NCBI GenBank assembly: GCA_009103225.1 | Contig: RHPI01003728.1 | Location: 183,174-247,173, forward strand | Direction: 5' to 3' | Length of the DNA: 64,000 nt | Origin: Chlorokybus atmophyticus | Taxonomy: Eukaryota > Plantae > Mesostigma and Chlorokybus algae | Part shown: piece after piece, positions 60,479-64,000 of the stretch | Numbering within the stretch: the first letter of the stretch is position 1 | Layout of the letters: every line of letters begins with the position of its first letter | The notes under the pieces: generated by a model | Databases searched by the model: none | What the model saw: only the letters and a program-made list of their open reading frames with translations | Told to the model about the DNA's origin: nothing | Program-made: the position numbers and the translations under genes

Positions 60479-63400
60479 TCAAGCCGCTTCGGGCCTCTCA
60501 TGCGTGACGAGCCCCGCTGTAATCACGGCACCTAGCGCACACAAGACAACAACAAGGTGGTGTTACGACATGGCAAGATGTTCGCTAAAAGCCAACATCA
60601 CGAAGCGTCGTGTGGCACGCAGGGGACATGGTGTTGTAGGTTATGTGTATTTGTGTACAACTCTTTCTCTCCCTACCAGAGTCTAGGTGCTCTTCCACGA
60701 GTGCGCTCATCCCCATCCTGTTCAGTATGTCCATCAGCTCCTCCACGCTCGCCTGCACGTGACGCCGCACAAAGTCCAGGATAGGCATCGGGCTCACGTG
60801 CGCCTTGTCTGCGCGCACAACAACAACAACACGACTTGCGTAAGTTGTATCGTGTAAGATGGGGTGTTGTACAAGATGTTGTATCCAGTGACGTCTCTCA
60901 CGTGCGAAGCTTTTGATGTGGACGCACAGCTCCACCAGGAAGTCCTTGTCAAGAGCGCTGCCGCCTTCCAACAGCCTGTACGTGTGTGCGCGCGCGTGTG
61001 TGTGCGCGCGGGCGCACGTGCGTGTGCCAGATGCGTGCATGTGCGCGTGTGCTGCGAGCGCATGCGTGGTTGTATGTGGCGTCCCATATTGGATACCTTC
61101 GCACGTGGTGCACGACCGATACGCACACCGGGTCCGTGACACGCCGCGCCTGCACACGCTACATGCATCAGCAGCATCTCCCACACTCCCTCCAAACCAA
61201 CGACACACACACTACACGCCCACATCATAAGCACGCATTCCCCTCCGCACCTGCACGAACAGGCAGAGCTGCCTGTAGAACCCTTCGATCTCTGCCTTCT
61301 CGGCGCGCTCCACGCTCTCGCGCGCAGCCGCGGCCGCCTCGGCACGCTCCGCCCGGCCCTGCAACCTCTCAGCCCTCCCCCTGAGTGACAGATACTTGTT
61401 GTTTAGCATACATACGCACAGGTGTGCGTGTGCGTGTGCGTGAGTACGCACACACATGTGCGCACAGATGCGAACACGCGCGCATACACTAGCACGCGCA
61501 CATGCACGCGTTTCTTCTACGTTCACCTGCATTGCCCTGCGCACGCGCACGCAAGCACACTCGCGTGCACGCGCAAGAAGACACAGACACAGACACAGAC
61601 ACAGACGTCTGCATGCGCTCGGACACACGCACCATATATCGCTCCTGGACAGCATCGCCACGTGCCTCCCTCCCCCGATCTTCATCTGCCTCATGAGCAC
61701 TCCCGCCAGGTGCATCACGGTGCTGCTGCTCGGTTGACTGTGGATCAGCGAGGAGGAGGAGGCCGCCGAGGCGGACGACAGCGAGGAGGCCGCCCGCGCG
61801 CGACGGGCGCCGCGCTCGGCGAGAGCGGCCACCACGGCGCGGTGGCGACCGCGACGGGCGTCGAGGAAGGCGCGGCGCCACTTGAGGACCTGGGGGGGGA
61901 GTAGGTGAGGATGGGTGGGTGGGTGGGTGGATGTATATGCGGGTGGGTGGGGTTGAACGCCTGTGCTGTTTGCAGCACAGACCTGTGCTGCAGACAGCAC
62001 ATAGCAAGCGTAACTTGTTGTGGTGTCATTGTGAGCACTAGCACACAAGAGCTACACTCAGTCGCTTGCGGAGACAGTAGAACACACACACAGCATCAAT
62101 CAGTGCCTCTTACTGGGTACTCTGCCTGGCTGCTGTTGCCGGCAGACTCACTATCCCGGGCACTATCACCGCCACTGTTGTTGTTGTTGTTGTTGGTGGT
62201 GGTATTCTTCTCCGCCTTGTCCGCTGCTATGACATTCCCGGCCCCCGCGTTGAAGTGCAGGGACGCGGCCGAGGCCGACCGCTGCAACTGGATGGGAACT
62301 GCGTTGGCGTTGGCGTTGGCGTTGGCGGCGTCCTCCAGGATGGCCGCCATGTTGACTTGGGGGTGGGAGTGACGGGAAGGCGCGCGGTCCAACGTGACGG
62401 ACCTGGTACCGGAGTGTGTGCGTCTGCGTGCGTCTGCGTGTGCGTGCGTGCGCGTGGGTGTATATGCCTTATACCTTCTGAGGGTGTCATCGGGTGCCAG
62501 CTTCAACGAGTTGCTCCTGACGCTCGCTGCACTCATGCCTGAGGGAAGACGGCTATGAGCGACAGAACAAGTCCTACACACCCATCACGCAAACTGCAAG
62601 TGCAAGTGCGTGTTGTTGCGCATGGCGTTGTGTCTAGTTATGGGTCTGTGCTGAGTTGAACTCCTTTGCCAACCACCTGATATTGTGTGTGTCAACGAGA
62701 CGCTGTGGCGATGATGATGATGTTGATGGGGCAGTGACTGACCCAAAGAGGAGTCCTGCAGCAACTCGTCCCACATGTTGCCAGCCTGGGGTAACGACAG
62801 TAGAAACACTCAACTGCACGCTATGTACAATGAGCGCGTGCGTGCACGCACGCGCCCAAATATACATACACGTGTGCCATGCCCACTCAAGCATGTGGGC
62901 ATGCCTGTACACACGTCCACATGCGCATACAATCCGTGCCCGTACCCTTGCCGCTCTGGACCTCTCTTGCGCAGCCAACAGCGCCTCCTTCGGGAAGTAG
63001 ATCTCTTCCAAGTCTGCACACGCACGCGCCCACCTTCTTATCACACACACCACCACAACCACACCATCTCATCATCAACCCCTCCCTCCCAATACCTTTG
63101 GGCGTGCACGTGAGGTTGCGGAGCGGCACGGGCGGCGGCATCGTCGACGATAGCATCGAGGATGGGTCGGAGAGAGTCGGCGCGGTGGTGGCGCGCATCG
63201 GATGGGCGTGCTTGCCGCTGGTGAGGCTGTCCTGGCTGTCGTCTTTGAGGGGGGCAGTGGTGACGGGGTTGGGCTTGCGCATGGAGCGGTTCAACTGCAG
63301 GTCAAGAGAGAAAGAAAGGGTAGGTACATACGCCACCTACCAACCTTGTATGTACTGGATTTATTGGATAGCATTGGATGGAACAATGCCCATACCCAAC

Positions 63401-63752
63401 ACATATGTGCGCACGCACGCGCACACGCATACATACGTACACACGCACGCATGCGCGTGCCCACGCCCACGCCCACTCGCACACATCCACACCTTTGATG
63501 AGTTTGCCTGCTTCTTCTTCCCGCGCCGGCTCCGCCTGCTTCCTTGCCTTACGTCCTGCCCGTACTCCCCCTCTTTCCTATACCCACTCCCATCCCCCTC
63601 ATCCCCAACATACTCCCCGCTGTCGTCCTCCTCCTCGTCCGGCCACGCGCCGGCCAAGCCCCGAACCCACCCGCCCTCCGCCTCATCCACCGACACGAGA
63701 CGACCCAGGGGCTCGTACGCGCGACCAAAGGGGGACCAAACGCCAACTTGGG

Positions 63753-63800
<48 letters not shown>

Positions 63801-64000
63801 GGTTGTTGACATGACACTTCTCTCCTCACCTGTTTGTGGCTTCTGCTGCCCCGCGTATGAAGTTGAGCGCGGGGACGATCGACGTGGCGTCTTCGGCGAA
63901 CCGCTGCTTGCGCGCGCTGGAGGAGTTGCCGCTCAGCCGAGAGGAGGCGCCGTTGCTGCCGGGACGGGACGCGTACTCCTCGCCGGGACGCTGAGAAACC
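60479..64000 (-). CDS. Uncharacterised multi-exon protein, 5' end outside the window; low-complexity body and helical C-terminal domain
   Basis: At least 12 phase-consistent exons, ending ...EIEGFYRQLCLFVQARRVTDPVCVSVVHHVRRLLEGGSALDKDFLVELCVHIK...PMPILDFVRRHVQASVEELMDILNRMGM...GAVITAGLVTHERPEAA* (TGA 60479-60481). Confidence 0.75.
63756..63795. repeat. (GT)n intronic microsatellite next to a splice acceptor
   Basis: Direct read; the minus strand reads (AC)n-CAG acceptor. Confidence 0.97.

Noticed and set aside
62879-63814. 311-aa plus-strand ORF and similar long ORFs over repeat-rich introns
   Set aside because: Antisense to a phase-consistent minus-strand gene and built from microsatellite translation (CVCV/HTHT).
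1-64000. CRISPR arrays, rRNA, tRNA, snRNA, intact transposase/TnpB-Fanzor/LTR elements
   Set aside because: No repeat-spacer arrays, no recognisable tRNA T-loop or cloverleaf, no rRNA or snRNA motifs, and no long intact TE ORF or terminal repeats seen.

Overview
64 kb of an intron-rich eukaryotic nuclear genome from the green lineage. Plastid-targeted genes, SUVR3, ORTH and SOS1 orthologues and a probable flagellar gene point to a flagellate-stage green alga, probably an early streptophyte (inference). Standard code; GT-AG introns, with two GC-AG candidates. Manual splicing with phase checks supports about 15 genes: SUVR3-like SET methyltransferase, a small KKXX-tailed membrane protein (tentative), a plastid SnoaL/DUF4440 protein, an acidic repeat protein, NF-YB, an EF-hand-like/ASH-domain protein, PYRR, LMBRD2-like, RAD21, ORTH/VIM, YCF54, a plastid GNAT, an ER ARMET_C/MANF-like protein, SOS1 and a 5'-truncated uncharacterised gene. 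No rRNA, tRNA, CRISPR array or intact transposon was seen. Best leads: ORTH with an extra CUE-like domain plus AT-hook; an intronless frame at 46.7-47.5 kb broken by one TGA, one TAA and one TAG; the MANF-like ER protein; four AT-rich islands, one with a possible retrotransposon remnant; and a cluster of palindromes at 59.1-59.4 kb. All family calls come from motif recognition by eye, not database searches.
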